From contig NW_025766514.1 in NCBI RefSeq assembly GCF_003918875.1, positions 868,001 to 932,000 of the forward strand: a stretch of 64,000 nucleotides of DNA, given 5' to 3'. The notes beneath the pieces were generated by a model that was not told where the DNA came from, did not search any database, and saw only the letters and a program-made list of their open reading frames with translations. The DNA is from Haliotis rubra (taxonomy: Eukaryota). This document shows, piece after piece, positions 21,108-35,091 of the stretch; positions within the stretch are counted from its first letter, which is position 1, and each line of letters opens with the position of its first letter. A program made the translations under genes and the position numbers.

Positions 21108-21825
21108 TCATTATTCCTGCACAAATTATTTTGCTCATTATAAGTTACAGTTTCATAATTTCACAAAACATTGATGATTCTGTCGAGATACACAGACCTA
21201 GGACAACACTGGTTTTGAACAGACCAGGAAAAGCCCTTCCAGCATTAGTTGACTTCATTTGCCACTGACATCCAGCTTCAAAGAAAATCAATGAAAAATC
21301 TTGACTTTCAATCAACCTCACAGTATGTATTTTACGTGATGCTTGCAAAAACTGACTTTCATGAACTTTGATATAAATGTTGTGTGTCTGTCACATGTTT
21401 GACTTGAATCCCAGTTCCATCAAGGGAATCTTAAGCTATGTAAACACAGTTCCATCAAGGGAATCTTAGGCTATGTTTTTAACGGCAATCAGACCTTATC
21501 TTTTTTTAATGATCTGATTTCAACAAGTAGAGTGTCGGGTGCATACTTGTCGTAGGATACTGTACAAGTGAATCAACGTTATGGACCTTCAAGAAGCCAC
21601 CTTCAGACACAAAGAGGACACTGCACCTGATGTCAATGATATGACTGTCATATAATATACAGACTATTTCCATTGTGTCAAAAGTTACTTACTACGCACA
21701 TAGAATGAATACAATGAGAACCTGTAGTAGCCTCACTGGTATCCCATATCTGTATATTCACGGTGTTACAGTTATGTATCAACTGGCTTGTTGGTGGTTT
21801 ACGGACGCACCTAGCAATATTCAAG

Positions 21826-21828
<3 letters not shown>

Positions 21829-21886
<58 letters not shown>
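21829..21886. repeat. (TG)n microsatellite within a decayed SINE B copy (~21790-22050, minus)
   Basis: direct. Confidence 0.85.
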
Positions 21887-21890
<4 letters not shown>

Positions 21891-22244
21891 TTTGGGAGTG
21901 TGTGTCCGTAATTAATCAAGTCTTGACCAGACAATCCAGTGATTGCATGAGCATTGATCTTTGTAATTGGGATATGATGACGTGTCAGTGAAGTGGGCCT
22001 GACTACCTGATCTGTTAGTTGCCTCTTACTGCATTCAACCACTATGACAGACAACTAGTCCGTTCAATTGTTTAGTGTCACTGTGACTAAAAAGCCCTGA
22101 GCCTCCCTATGATGGCCTGTGTTGAAGTTGGTCGCTAATTATTTTTGGACATTTGCTGTCAACACTCTTCTGCCACCTTACTGGTGAGGACAGCTTCTTC
22201 TTGGTCATGTAAACATTTCTCCACAAATGAAGTCATTCCAATAT

Positions 22245-22479
22245 TCCGAGTTAGAATGAACGTTCAGTAACCCATGCGTGTCGTAAGAGGCGACTAACGG
22301 GATCGGGTGGTCAGGCTCGCTGGCTTGGTTAACACATGTCATCGGTTCCCAATTGCGCACATCGATGCTCATGCTGTTGATCACTGGATTGTCTGGTCCA
22401 GACTTGATTATTTACAGACCGCCGCCATATAGCTGGAATATTGCTGAGTGCGGCATAAAAACTAAACTCACTCACTCAA
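22245..22479 (+). mobile_element. SINE family B (no tRNA head visible), 12-bp TSD TCATTCCAATAT
   Basis: TSD at 22233-22244 and 22480-22491; (ACTC)n tail; other copies at 34143-34355(-), 42420-42580(-), 38990-39085(-). Confidence 0.9.
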
Positions 22480-23511
22480 TCATTCCAATATGCATACGAC
22501 TTGGAAGACGGTTCAGGCAGAGCCCAATCTGTTTGTAAAGATTGAGAATGTTAATTGAATTCAAACCCATAAGAAGCATTGCAACTATTCAACAGTACTC
22601 TGGTGACAAATGAAGTGGGTCTCCCCGCTGTACAGTGAGTTGCCAATCATCCATAACCACAGCTATAGTCCGTTTGATTTCATTTGAGACCGATTGTTTG
22701 CTCACTAACACAAAATCTAATAATTGCAACAAAACCAAATTTTGCGCAGTCACTTGAAATCGACAGACCAACTCTGATGATTTCAGAGATGCCAACCCCA
22801 AACAAAATAATAACTAAATACTTAAAATCATGACGGATTCTGAGAAAGATAATATGACTATAGGCTTTAATTCACATACCATCAGCATTACATTTCTTCT
22901 TATCGCCTCTTTTGGGCGTAAATGTATTTAATCGATGAAAATATATGTTTTTGGTCTATAAATCCGAATTTTAATTAATTTTCTTCAAATTTGGTAGAAT
23001 TCCTAGTGCAATCGTATTGGCGTAGTTTGAGGCTAAAATTCGTAGTGACTACAATAAAATCGTAGAGGTTGGCATCTCTGTGATTTGTCTCAATTTTGGA
23101 CACCTGAATAAAAAAGTTGTTTTACAAATGATCATTATTTTGTTGTCATTTCTGCTATTTATTATGAGGGAGGACCACTTGCTGGTAGAACAATCATTCA
23201 TTATAGGTATGCAGGGCAAACTTTGATATGTTAAACATACAGGTGTCTTGATGTACAATCTTCCTGTATGACAATATCTGTATGTTATCAACATTGTCGT
23301 TCCTGATGGAAGCTGCAAATCTGATACTGTATTATCTTGAAGCTCTCACTTTTATCCTCTTGCCATCTGATGTGACAGAGGAAGGAACCTGACAGCCGAA
23401 AGTTGACGCCCTGTTCATACAGATAGTGGCTGGAGTTTACAGATTCAGTTGGGGTCACTTGACAATATTCTACAATTCCATCAAGCCATCATCCTGAGAA
23501 TCCTACACACT

Positions 23512-23670
23512 GGGGGCGGTGGGGTAGCCTGGTGGTTAAAGCGTTCGCTCGTCACGCCGAAGACCAGGGTTCAATTCCCCTCATGTGTACAATGTGTAAA
23601 GCCCCTTTCTGGCGTCTCCTGCTGTGATATTGCTTGAATATTGCTAAAAGCAGCGTAAAACTAAACCCAC
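23512..23670 (+). mobile_element. tRNA-derived SINE family A, full length (tRNA-Asp-like GTC loop)
   Basis: GGGGCGGTGGGGTAGCCTGGTGGTTAAAGCGTTCGCTCGTCACGCCGAAGACCAGGGTTCAATTCCCC. Confidence 0.9.
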
Positions 23671-23833
23671 CCTACTCCCTGAGCTGAAGTATGCCACCTG
23701 GTGATGTATCTGGTTCCATGCAGCCTGTCAGCATGGACAATGTTCTACTTAATACATGCAAACTGCTATGGCTGCATTATTCAGCCACTCCTTGTATCTA
23801 CTCTGTCAAGTTGGAGGGATGACATAAAATCTG

Positions 23834-24385
23834 CCAATTCGTTGGTTTCACATTAATTTTCGACTCGCTGTGCGCATGCGCAGAGCGTGTAAAAATATCC
23901 ACGGGCCAACTTCCGGTTTGGTCGTAAGCTTTACCGATAGTGTAAACACATTCTAAAGAAAGCAAAAATCAAAACAAATATATGGTTTTATGTCGAATTT
24001 AACTGATCTCAATTCATTTATGAATGGAAGGGACCGGAATTAGTTAAATAAATAGCTTAACGTTTGTTAACAAGCTCTTGTATAAACACATCTCACCACC
24101 ACCCGTCCACCGTCCTTCCTGCACATCCCCTTCTCACAAGTAAAAACACATCTCTGATGCAATGCCACCAAAATAGGACATCAATTATTGAAAAGCATAG
24201 GCAAATGGATGGATGTACTCAACTATGAACAGTTGTCACGCGTAAATAATATTCATACAGCATTTATTTAGAGTGTGTTTACAATATCGCTAATACGACC
24301 AAACCGGAAGATGACCAGTGGATATTTTTACACGCTCTACGCATGCGCACAGCGAGTTGAAAATTAATGTGAAACCAACGAATGG
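23834..24385. mobile_element. MITE with ~130-bp TIRs
   Basis: ATTCGTTGGTTTCACATTAATTTTC..TTCCGGTTTGGTCGTA pairs with 24260-24383; no clear TSD. Confidence 0.85.
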
Positions 24386-24532
24386 TGAGTGATATGTGAC
24401 AAGGTAGACTTACAAGAAATACTACTACTACTACAGAATTAGATTGGTTGCCAGGACTCATCAAGCTCCGGGCAGGAAACAGTAGGGATTGGTGTTAGCC
24501 GCGGACAATCCGATCATGCACTTATACTGAGC

Positions 24533-25673
24533 AGTTGATGTATTCATCAGATGTAATGTAGTTCACAGTTGATATAGTCATCAGATGTAATGTAGTTCAC
24601 AGTTGATGTATTCATCAGATGTAATGTAGTTCACAGTTGATGTAGTCATCAGATGTAATGTAGTTCACAGTTGATGTATTCATCAGATGTAATGTAGTTC
24701 ACAGTTGATGTATGTCATCAGATGTAATGTAGTCATCAGAGGTAATGTAGTTCACAGTTGATGTAGTCATCAGATGTAATGTAGTTCACAGTTGATGTAG
24801 TCATCAGATGTAATGTAGTTCACAGTTGATGTATTCATCAGATGTAATGTAGTTCACAGTTGATGTAGTCATCAGATGTAATGTAGTTCACAGTTGATGT
24901 AGTCATCAGATGTAATGTAGTTCACAGTTGATGTAGTCATCAGATGTAATGTAGTTCACAGTTGATGTAGTCATCAGATGTAAGTGTGTAGTTCACAGTT
25001 GATGTAGTCATCATGTAATGTAGTTCACAGTTGATGTATTCATCAGATGTAATGTAGTTCACAGTTGATGTATTCATCAGATGTAATGTAGTTCACAGTT
25101 GATGTAGTCATCAGATGTAATGTAGTTCACAGTTGATGTAGTCATCAGATGTAATGTAGTTCACAGTTGATGTAGTCATCAGATGTAATGTAGTTCACAG
25201 TTGATGTAGTCATCAGATGTAATGTAGTTCACAGTTGATGTACAGTTGATGTAGCAGATGTAATGTAGTTCACAGTTGATGTAGTCATCAGATGTAATGT
25301 GTTCACAGTTGATGTATTCATCAGATGTAATGTGTTCACAGTTGATGTATTCATCAGATGTAATGTAGTTGATGTAGTCATCAGATGTAATGTAGTTCAC
25401 AGTTGATGTATTCATCAGATGTAATGTAGTTCACAGTTGATGTAGTCATCAGATGTAATGTAGTTCACAGTTGATGTAGTCATCAGATGTAATGTAGTTC
25501 ACAGTTGATGTAGTCATCAGATGTAATGTAGTTCACAGTTGATGTAGTCATCAGATGTAATGTAGTTCACAGTTGATGTATTCATCAGATGTAATGTAGT
25601 TCACAGTTGATGTATTCATCAGATGTAATGTAGTTCACAGTTGATGTAGTCATCAGATGTAATGTAGTTCACA
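24533..25673. repeat. 34-bp minisatellite (CAGTTGATGTAGTCATCAGATGTAATGTAGTTCA)
   Basis: direct. Confidence 0.97.
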
Positions 25674-25825
25674 AGTAAAAGTCTGCCTTCTGGGTCCACT
25701 TAGCTCCATGGAAAATTTGATTTTTCTTCATAAAAACACATCTACCCTTACCGGATTTCAGCTTTCAAAAGTTTTATGTTACAACAAAGGAACTTATTAT
25801 AGCCTTCAAGATAGTATAACCAAAC

Positions 25826-27132
25826 ACATCATATCAGTACTGGACACTAGTATTACCACACATCATACCAGTACTGGACACTGGTATTACCACACATCAT
25901 ACCAGTACTGGGCACTAGTATTACCACACATCATACCAGTACTGGGCACTAGTATTACCACACATCATACCAGTACTGGGCACTAGTATTACCACACATC
26001 ATACCAGTACTGGACACTAGTATTACCACATACCACATCATACCAGTACTGGACACTCAGTATTACCACACATCATATACCAGTACTGGGCACTATTACC
26101 ACACATCATACCAGTACTGTATTACCACACATCACACATCATACCAGTACTGGACACTATTATTTACCGCACATCATACCAGTATTACCACATTATCATA
26201 CCAGTACTGGACACTAGTATTACCACACATCATACCAGTACTGGACACTAGTATTACCACACATCATACCAGTACTGGACACTAGTATTACCACACATCA
26301 TACCAGTACATCATACCAGTATTACTGACACTAGTATTACCACACATCATACCAGTACTGGACACTAGTATTACCACACATCATACCAGTACTGGACACT
26401 AGTATTACCACACATCATACCAGTACTGGACACTAGTATTACCACACATCATACCAGTACTGGGCACTAGTATTACCACACATCATACCAGTACTGGACA
26501 CTAGTATTACCACACATCATACCAGTACTGGACACTGGTATTACCAGTACTGGGCACTTATTACCACACATCATACCAGTACTGGACACTAGTATTACCA
26601 CACATCATACCAGTACTGGACACTAGTATTACCACACATCATACCAGTACTGGACACTAGTATTACCACACATCATACCAGTACTGGGACACTATACTGG
26701 TATTGAGTACACACTAGTATTACCACACATCATACCAGTACTGGGCACTAGTATTACCACACATCATACCAGTACTGGGCACTAGTATTACCACACATCA
26801 TACCAGTACTGGACACTAGTATTACCACACATCATACCAGTACTGGACACTAGTATTACCACACATCATACCAGTACTGGACACTGGTATTACCACACAT
26901 CATACCAGTACTGGACACTTACCACACATCAGTATTACCACACATCATACCAGTACTGGACACTAGTATTACCACACATCATACCAGTACTGGACACTAG
27001 TATTACCACACATCATACCAGTACTGGACACTGGTATTACCACACATCATACCAGTACTGGACACTGGTATTACCACACACATCATACCAGTACTGGACA
27101 CTGGTATTACCACACACATCATACCAGTACTG
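25826..27132. repeat. 34-bp minisatellite (CACACATCATACCAGTACTGGACACTAGTATTAC)
   Basis: direct; contains palindrome CCAGTACTGG. Confidence 0.97.
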
Positions 27133-27929
27133 AGATCAATATCTGAGATCACATGGTGTACTTTTCCCTGCTGATCGACAGCTAATGAGTATGACTTGAG
27201 TGGGATGTGAGCTTGCTGTAGGCTTTTGTCAAGTTAATTATAATCTGACTGTATAGCCCCTGTCACAGCTTGCTAATCTTACTGGTCAGCCCACGTTGGA
27301 TTTAGATCATGTACTTGAGTCCACGACAAGACTTGTCGAAACTTGGATCATATGATACTGTGTTGTGAAATTTTACCCCGGTTACCAAATCTCACTCTCC
27401 AACCTGTAAGACCAGCAATTATTGAGCAAACCTTGGGACAACTCTCGGAAGTTGTGTTTATATTACAGTGCTATGTGAGCATGCATACTGGACATTTACA
27501 TCAACTACCACAGGAGACATAACTCAGCCATCCATGGACAGTCACTGTACAAGAAAATACAACTTAATTCCATTGCTTTTGACAAATGGACGTCAGAAAT
27601 GTCTGACATCTTGGAAATGGAAAAACATCTTGTCTAGTGAATTTTTATCTGACACCTAATTTTTTAATTGATCAAGTTTTGATCGCCTGAATTTGAGATC
27701 TAATGTTCTTTTCTACATGTAATACTCGAAAAAATCTTTTAACCAATATACTGATTGCCCTAGAATAAGCATTATGTATGGTGTTCACTGCATTTAGAAA
27801 ACATGTTATTGTTCATACATTCTAGGGGGAAATACTAGATGTCCACAAATAACTAGCAGGATCGCTGACATCTTTTCCCATCATGATCCAGGTGACTTGC
27901 TTGCCAGGCACTCAGTACTGATCCATGTT

Positions 27930-29340
27930 AGCTACAAGGTTGACTGGGCACCTACCACTGCCACCTGTTGACTGTTGCATGGCAGGTGCCCTGCCAGCTG
28001 GCATGCAACTGCCATTGGCTCAGAAGAGCTACAAGGTTGACTGGCTCCTGCCACTGGTCCAGGTGAGCTGCAACATTGACTGGCACCTAGCACTGGCTCA
28101 AATGACCTACAAGGTTGACTGGCATCTAGCACTGGCTCAAATGAGCTACACGGCATGTTGAGCTACAAGGTTGACTGGCTCCTGCCACTGGCACTGGCCA
28201 GCACTGGCTCAAATGAGCTACAAGGTTGACTGGCTCCTTGACTGGCACTCTAGCACTGGCTCAGAGCTGGGTTGACTGGGCACTCCAGCACTGGCTCAAA
28301 TGAGCTACAAGGTTGACTGGCACCTAGCACTGGCTCAAATGAGCTACAAGGTTGACTGGCACCTAGCACTGGCTCAAATGAGCTACAAGGTTGACTGGCA
28401 CCTAGCACTGGCTCAAATGAGCTACAAGGTTGACTGGCACCCAGCACTGGCTCAAATGAGCTACAAGGCTAACTGGCACTCTAGCACTGGCTCAAATGAG
28501 CTACAAGGTTGACTGGCACCTAGCACTGGCTCAAATGAGCTACAAGGTTAACTGGCACCTAGCACTGGCTCAAATGAGCTACAAGGTTGACTGGCACCTA
28601 GCACTGGCTCAAATGAGCTACAAGGTTGACTGGCACCCCAGCACTGGCTCAAATGAGCTACAAGGTTGACTGGCACCTAGCACTGGCTCAAATGAGCTAC
28701 AAGGTTGACTGGCACCTAGCACTGGCTCAAATGAGCTACAAGGTTAACTGGCACCTAGCACTGGCTCAAATGAGCTACAAGGTTGACTGGCACCTAGCAC
28801 TGGCTCAAATGAGCTACAAGGTTAACTGGCACCTAGCACTGGCTCAAATGAGCTACAAGGTTGACTGGCACCTAGCACTGGCTCAAATGAGCTACAAGGT
28901 TAACTGGCACCTAGCACTGGCTCAAATGAGCTACAAGGTTGACTGGGCACCCAGCACTGGCTCAAATGAGCTACAAGGTTGACTGGCACCTAGCACTGGC
29001 TCAAATGAGCTACAAGGTTAACTGGCACCTAGCACTGGCTCAAATGAGCTACAAGGTTGACTGGGCACCCAGCACTGGCTCAAATGAGCTACAAGGTTGA
29101 CTGGCACCTACCAATGGTCCAGGAGAGCTACAATGCTGGCAGGTACCTACCAATGGTCCAGGTGAGCTACAAGGTTGACTGGCTCCTATCACTGTTCCAG
29201 GTGAGCTACAAGGTTGACTGGCTCCGATCACTGGTCCAGGTTAGCTACAAGGTAGACTGTCACCTACCACTGGTCTAGGTGAGCTACAAGGTTGACTGGC
29301 TCCAACCACTGGTCCAGGTGAGCTAAAAGGCAAACCAGCC
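27930..29340. repeat. 39-bp minisatellite (GAGCTACAAGGTTGACTGGCACCTAGCACTGGCTCAAAT)
   Basis: direct; diverged units at both edges. Confidence 0.97.
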
Positions 29341-30587
29341 ACCTACACCAAGCAGCAAGTTCAATTACATGTGGAGGTTTCTCATCTTGATTTATTGTAT
29401 AGCAGCTACTATAGATCAGGTTTATTGGAAATTCTATTGTGTCCAAACCTTAATTAAAATTTTCAAGAAGTTCTTGAGATCTCTGTACAGCAACATATTC
29501 CCCTGTCACATATAAATACAGCCGTATTGCTGGACACACTATCTTGCTGACTCGTTAAGATTTGTCAATGCCTTTCCCAAGTGATTTTTTTTTACAAAAA
29601 ACAAGACACCATACGAAGCAACTTGTAAGCAGTAACTTTTGCTATGTGGGTGAACAAATATTTCCTAGATCATACAAAAAATGTATATTCCTGTTTAATT
29701 TATAATTGATTATTGTTTTGTAATTGATTTTCCATGATGACACACTTCCCTGAAAAAACATCTGAACAGTTTAAACAATTGAATTTCTGAAGGATTTACA
29801 ACCACTCATCGTGTAGGGTACTGTGGTACAAAGCAAGCTTAGGGCTAATGTGATCGTTACTCTCATACTTTAACATTGACTTACGATAGACGTAGCTCTA
29901 AAGCTATTCTGTACAATGGCACCCAGGTCCATATTCCCCACAAACTATAAAAGCCAAATGAACTCTAATCTTTCGACAATTATTCGTTTTAAAAATGACC
30001 TGTGCATCTGAGTGATAATGAAGGCTGTATCACTGATAGATTCACATCCATGTCATTATCGCGCAACTGTAACAAATATCATTACATCTACAGGAAAACA
30101 GCACTCAGGACTAGCAACAATTATGGGCAATTATAATTATCTCTATAATTACCATCAAAATACTATATTCCACACAACTGCTTGACAATGCAACCTTTTC
30201 TTCAGAAGCCTGAGCCGTCCCTAGTCGGCCTCATCAGTCCTGAACCAATGCTAATTGCCTGAATTAGCAGGATAAATATCACATGACGTCGTAGATGTCA
30301 GCATCAAACCCTTGTTAATCATCTCTAATGAGCAGCAATTTCAGAATGTGTGGGCATTTGCCAGGTGAAGACCTGGCAGACCAGCGTACATAGCGACTGA
30401 GACAGCAATTAACATGCAATTTACAAGCCTGGTATTTGATTCATATCGTAATGAGAGTAATGTGTTACATGCTGGGAGTGGAGATTAGCAGGATAAGATG
30501 GAAGGCGGCGAGGATGCCACCATATCCATCACATGACGCATATTCACGTCCTATTATCTCTCCAGCAACATGTTTCTGTTTATGAGA

Positions 30588-31818
30588 TGAATCAACAAAC
30601 TCAGTCTCCTATTACACAGTCTCCCCCCATGTCTGAATCAACAAACTCAGTCTCTGATTACACAGTCTCCCCCATGTCTGAATCAACAAACTCAGTCTCT
30701 GATTACACAGTCTCCCCCCATGTCTGAATCAACAAACTCAGTCTCCTATTACAGTCTACCCCCATGTCTGAATCAACAAACTCAGTCTCTGATTACACAG
30801 TCTCCCCATGTCTGAATCAACAAACTCAGTCTCCTATTACAGTCTACCCCCATGTCTGAATCAACAAACTCAGTCTCTGATTACACAGTCTCCCCCCATG
30901 TCTGAATCAACAAACTCAGTCTCTGATTACACAGTCTCCCCCCATGTCTGAATCAACAAACTCAGTCTCTGATTACACAGTCTCCCCCCATGTCTGAATC
31001 AACAAACTCAGTCTCTGATTACACAGTCTCCCCCCATGTCTGAATCAACAAACTCAGTCTCTGATTACACAGTCTCCCCCCATGTCTGAATCAACAAACT
31101 CAGTCTCTGATTACACAGTCTCCCCCCATGTCTGAATCAACAAACTCAGTCTCCTATTACAGTCTACCCCCATGTCTGAATCAACAAACTCAGTCTCTGA
31201 TTACACAGTCTCCCCCCATGTCTGAATCAACAAACTCAGTCTCTGATTACACAGTCTCCCCCCATGTCTGAATCAACAAACTCAGTCTCTGATTACACAG
31301 TCTCCCCATGTCTGAATCAACAAACTCAGTCTCCTATTACACAGTCTCCCCATGTCTGAATCAACAAACTCAGTCTCTGATTACACAGTCTCCCCCCATG
31401 TCTGAATCAACAAACTCAGTCTCTGATTACACAGTCTCCCCCCATGTCTGAATCAACAAACTCAGTCTCTGATTACACAGTCTCCCCCCATGTCTGAATC
31501 AACAAACTCAGTCTCCTATTACAGTCTACCCCCATGTCTGAATCAACAAACTCAGTCTCTGATTACACAGTCTCCCCCGAAGTCTGAATCAACAAACTCA
31601 GTCTCTGATTACACAGTCTCCCCCCATGTCTGAATCAACAAACTCAGTCTCTGATTACACAGTCTCCCCCCATGTCTGAATCAACAAACTCAGTCTCTGA
31701 TTACACAGTCTCCCCCCATGTCTGAATCAACAAACTCAGTCTCTGATTACACAGTCTCCCCCCATGTCTGAATCAACAAACTCAGTCTCTGATTACACAG
31801 TCTCCCCCCATGTCTGAG
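30588..31818. repeat. 46-bp minisatellite (TGAATCAACAAACTCAGTCTCTGATTACACAGTCTCCCCCCATGTC)
   Basis: direct. Confidence 0.97.
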
Positions 31819-32788
31819 TCCTCAACTGTTAATGGGATTTGGTTAAAATAAAAAATCAATGATTTGGTTCATAACAAGCGATCGATCCAGATATCCGTTT
31901 GATGATCACATGATCTCCTTTGTGTTTCAACATAGAAGTGCATGCAGCTTGATTCCTGTACCTCCACTGCCCACAACTGAACCTCAAACAAGTCCCTTGT
32001 AAAAACTTCCACGCAATGGCAGCCAATCATTCTGATAACTGTATCTGATGAGAGGGGACAAAAACATGATGAAACACCACAATCTCACTTGGCATCGTGC
32101 CATGTTGGCCAGAAATGTGAAGAAATGTTTCAACTCCCTGTGTGTGAGGTGGGTGGAGCCATTCTTCATGAGCTAATTGATCATTATGACCAGAACTGAT
32201 GGTAATCTGTTATATATCACATCTAATCAATGTTTCTAGATATTCTCTCAGTATGTTATAACATTCATAACGCCCAGTAATACCAGGCCGTAGAGGCCTT
32301 GATCTTCCATCCATGCTGCTTCACAAATACACCTCCCCCACCATCAGCGCTGTGTGTGTGTGGTATTACGAACATCTGAACACCATCTATAGAATTTCAA
32401 TGAATTTGTGTACGGACTTATTGATAACGTAATTTTCTTTTGGAAAATAGTTAGTGGAAATCAATATCCATAAGAAACCGAAACCCAAGTTCTGTTTATT
32501 CATCTGCTAGCATTTCATATTTAGATAATCTTTTTCATGCCTACAATGTGCTTTCCCGCAGATAAATAACTCTTTCACAGCTTCAGATTACCTGCTGCTC
32601 TGGATGTTTCTGGAATCAGGTTACACTTTGATAACACTATCAACACACTGTCAGAGACCATGGTAACTGGCGTAACGCAAGGACATATTGACATCTCAAA
32701 CATAACTAGAACAAGAAGTGGTAGATTCCCTGTGAAGCACACATAACATATAAAAAGTTGGCACCAGTATTTCTGGCACATGAATTTC

Positions 32789-33325
32789 AAGGGATTTATC
32801 CTGCTGCCATATAGCTGGAATACTGCCGCATAAAACTATATAGCTGGTATACTGCTGAGTCCGGCATAAAACTAAACTCACTCACTCAAGGGATTTATCC
32901 TGCTGCCATATAGCTGGAATACTGCTGAGTCCGGCATAAAACTAAACTCACTCACTCAAGGGATTTATCCTGCTGCCATATAGCTGGTATACTGCTGAGT
33001 CCGGCATAAAACTAAACTCACTCACTCAAGGGATTTATCCTGCTGCCATATAGCTGGAATACTGCTGCTGAGTCCGCATAAAACTAAACTCACTCTCACT
33101 CAATAGGGATTTATCCTGCTGCCATATATACTGCTGGAATACTGCTGAGTCCTGAGCATAAAAACTAAACTCACTCACTTTATCAATAGGGATTTATCCT
33201 GCATAAAACTGCCATATAGCTGGGTAATACTGCTGGGAGTCCTGCTGCCATATAGCTGGAATACTAGTCCGCAAAAACTAAACTCACTCACTCACTCCTG
33301 CTGCCATATAGCTGGAAGGGATTTA
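32789..33325 (+). repeat. ~70-bp tandem array formed from the 3' end of SINE B plus flank
   Basis: unit AAGGGATTTATCCTGCTGCCATATAGCTGGAATACTGCTGAGTCCGGCATAAAACTAAACTCACTCACTC. Confidence 0.9.
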
Positions 33326-34142
33326 TCTTGTATTTGACCAATGGAGTGTTCTGTATTCATTTAGCAGTTGTATAGCCTTCTAAACTCTGGTCCAAATTAG
33401 TTTGAACCTGTTTAGGTCTCCAAATGCAGGCCCCAAGTATTGCAGAAGAAACATGGTAATTACTGTGCAGCACAACATACAACGAAAATGAGGTGCAATG
33501 GTTGTGTATGATCTTCTTCTCAAATGGACAAGTAATGGGTGTCCAGCAAAACATTATTCCTTCTCGATCAAAAACATCCGAACTTCACATCCAAGATTGA
33601 CAACATGAAGAACTTGATTTCTCATGAAGAAGTAGGATATTCTCATTATACCGGGAAGGTCTCGCAGGACAGGCCTCAACAAAAGACATCATTCAAAAGG
33701 ATAAAAAATCTGTATAAAATTTATACTGCATAATTGGCTGTTGGTATTCCACACAGACGTATCTGATAGCCCTCATGTAACAGGCACACAGCGACTCTAC
33801 ACATGGCTGCTGTACACTGATACATAGGCTGGGAAGAGACTCAACGTTGTTTCTGCCCCAACAGCACGTCTTTGTAAAACAGCACCCACCAATCACACAC
33901 TGGGGGATACAGCAGTCACTTTGCTCAACATCCTTGAAAGCTTTATTTCTTGAAAACCTTCTCCTTAAGAACTGTTGTTCTGATGTACCGTGATCGAGCA
34001 AGGGTTAACACCGATTATAAGCCGTAAGTGAAACAGGAAGGAAGTCCGCCATTATCAACAGCATCAGTGACATGCAGAGCTGCAACCTCGCACACCAGGG
34101 TGACACAACCAGGTTAAGTAACATCAACAATCTCAGCATGTA

Positions 34143-34355
34143 AGTGAGTGAGTGTAGTTTTATGCCACACTCAGCAATATAAGGGCTACATAGCGGCGGT
34201 CTGTAAATAATCCAGTATGGACCAGACAATCAACAGCATGAGCATCGTTCTACGCAAATGGGATATGATGACAACCAAGTCAGCGAGCCTGACCACCCGA
34301 TCCCGTTAATCGCCTCTTACGACAAGCATGGGTTACTGAAGATCAATTCTAACCC
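34143..34355 (-). mobile_element. SINE family B, near-complete
   Basis: reverse complement of 22245-22479. Confidence 0.9.
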
Positions 34356-34516
34356 TACAGATTTTTACATAAGAAATCTGTAGGGTTGACTATCAACAGC
34401 CACCTTACCATTACTCCAACTTGCTAGATAGTTTGACAAGTGAGTCCATGGACCTAGAATGTAGATGTCCTCTGACCACAAAACAACAAAGATATCAGAC
34501 TCAGCAGATTTACAGA

Positions 34517-35072
34517 CATTCTCTTCCCACAGAGGTTACTCGTCATATCTTCCTATGAACCTCTGTTCTAATACGGCCATATTTCCCAGTTCTCGTAAAA
34601 TCCCCTAGCGGCAAAAGATCGCAACACGAATTATCTCCCTTCTGTCTATCCAATCAGAACACGTGTAACATCGATTTAGATCCAACCTGACTAATACAAG
34701 CAAATATGGGGCCACAAATATCCCTCCTCTGCCGGGGAACTTGTGTTGACGTGACACACAAGGCATTTAATGGCAAGCTTATCCGTTGTCAACGAGGGCG
34801 AGGGAGACGCCATTGAAGCGCTATTACATGACTGAGTTCTGTCTAGAAGGAACGTTTGCGCATCGCGCAGGGGAAGAGGTTCTAGTTTTCCCGAAGCATA
34901 CGGAAATTACCGAGACCTTGCGAATGATCACTTTTGAAACAACGTCGCTGATTGCACAACTAAATCTGATTGCAACCAATCACGAATCCTGAACACTCGC
35001 ACCACGAAAGGGCCGTATTAGAACAGAGGTTCGTAGGAAGATATGACAAGTAACCTCTGTGGGAAGAGAATG
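34517..35072. mobile_element. MITE with ~62-bp TIRs and 9-bp TSD ATTTACAGA (Mutator-type TSD length)
   Basis: CATTCTCTTCCCACAGAGGTTAC...GTAACCTCTGTGGGAAGAGAATG; TSD at 34508-34516 and 35073-35081. Confidence 0.92.
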
Positions 35073-35091
35073 ATTTACAGATTGAAACACT

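Noticed and set aside
23512-23580. tRNA-Asp-like sequence as a tRNA gene
   Set aside because: It is the head of a multi-copy SINE and lacks a proper acceptor stem.
27925-29278. 13-aa repeat ORFs (SYKVDWHLALAQM)
   Set aside because: 39-bp minisatellite with frame-breaking indels and no unique coding flank.
30000-30520. Cluster of TAAT/CTAATTG motifs suggesting an enhancer
   Set aside because: Short motifs are expected by chance in AT-rich DNA; needs conservation or chromatin data.
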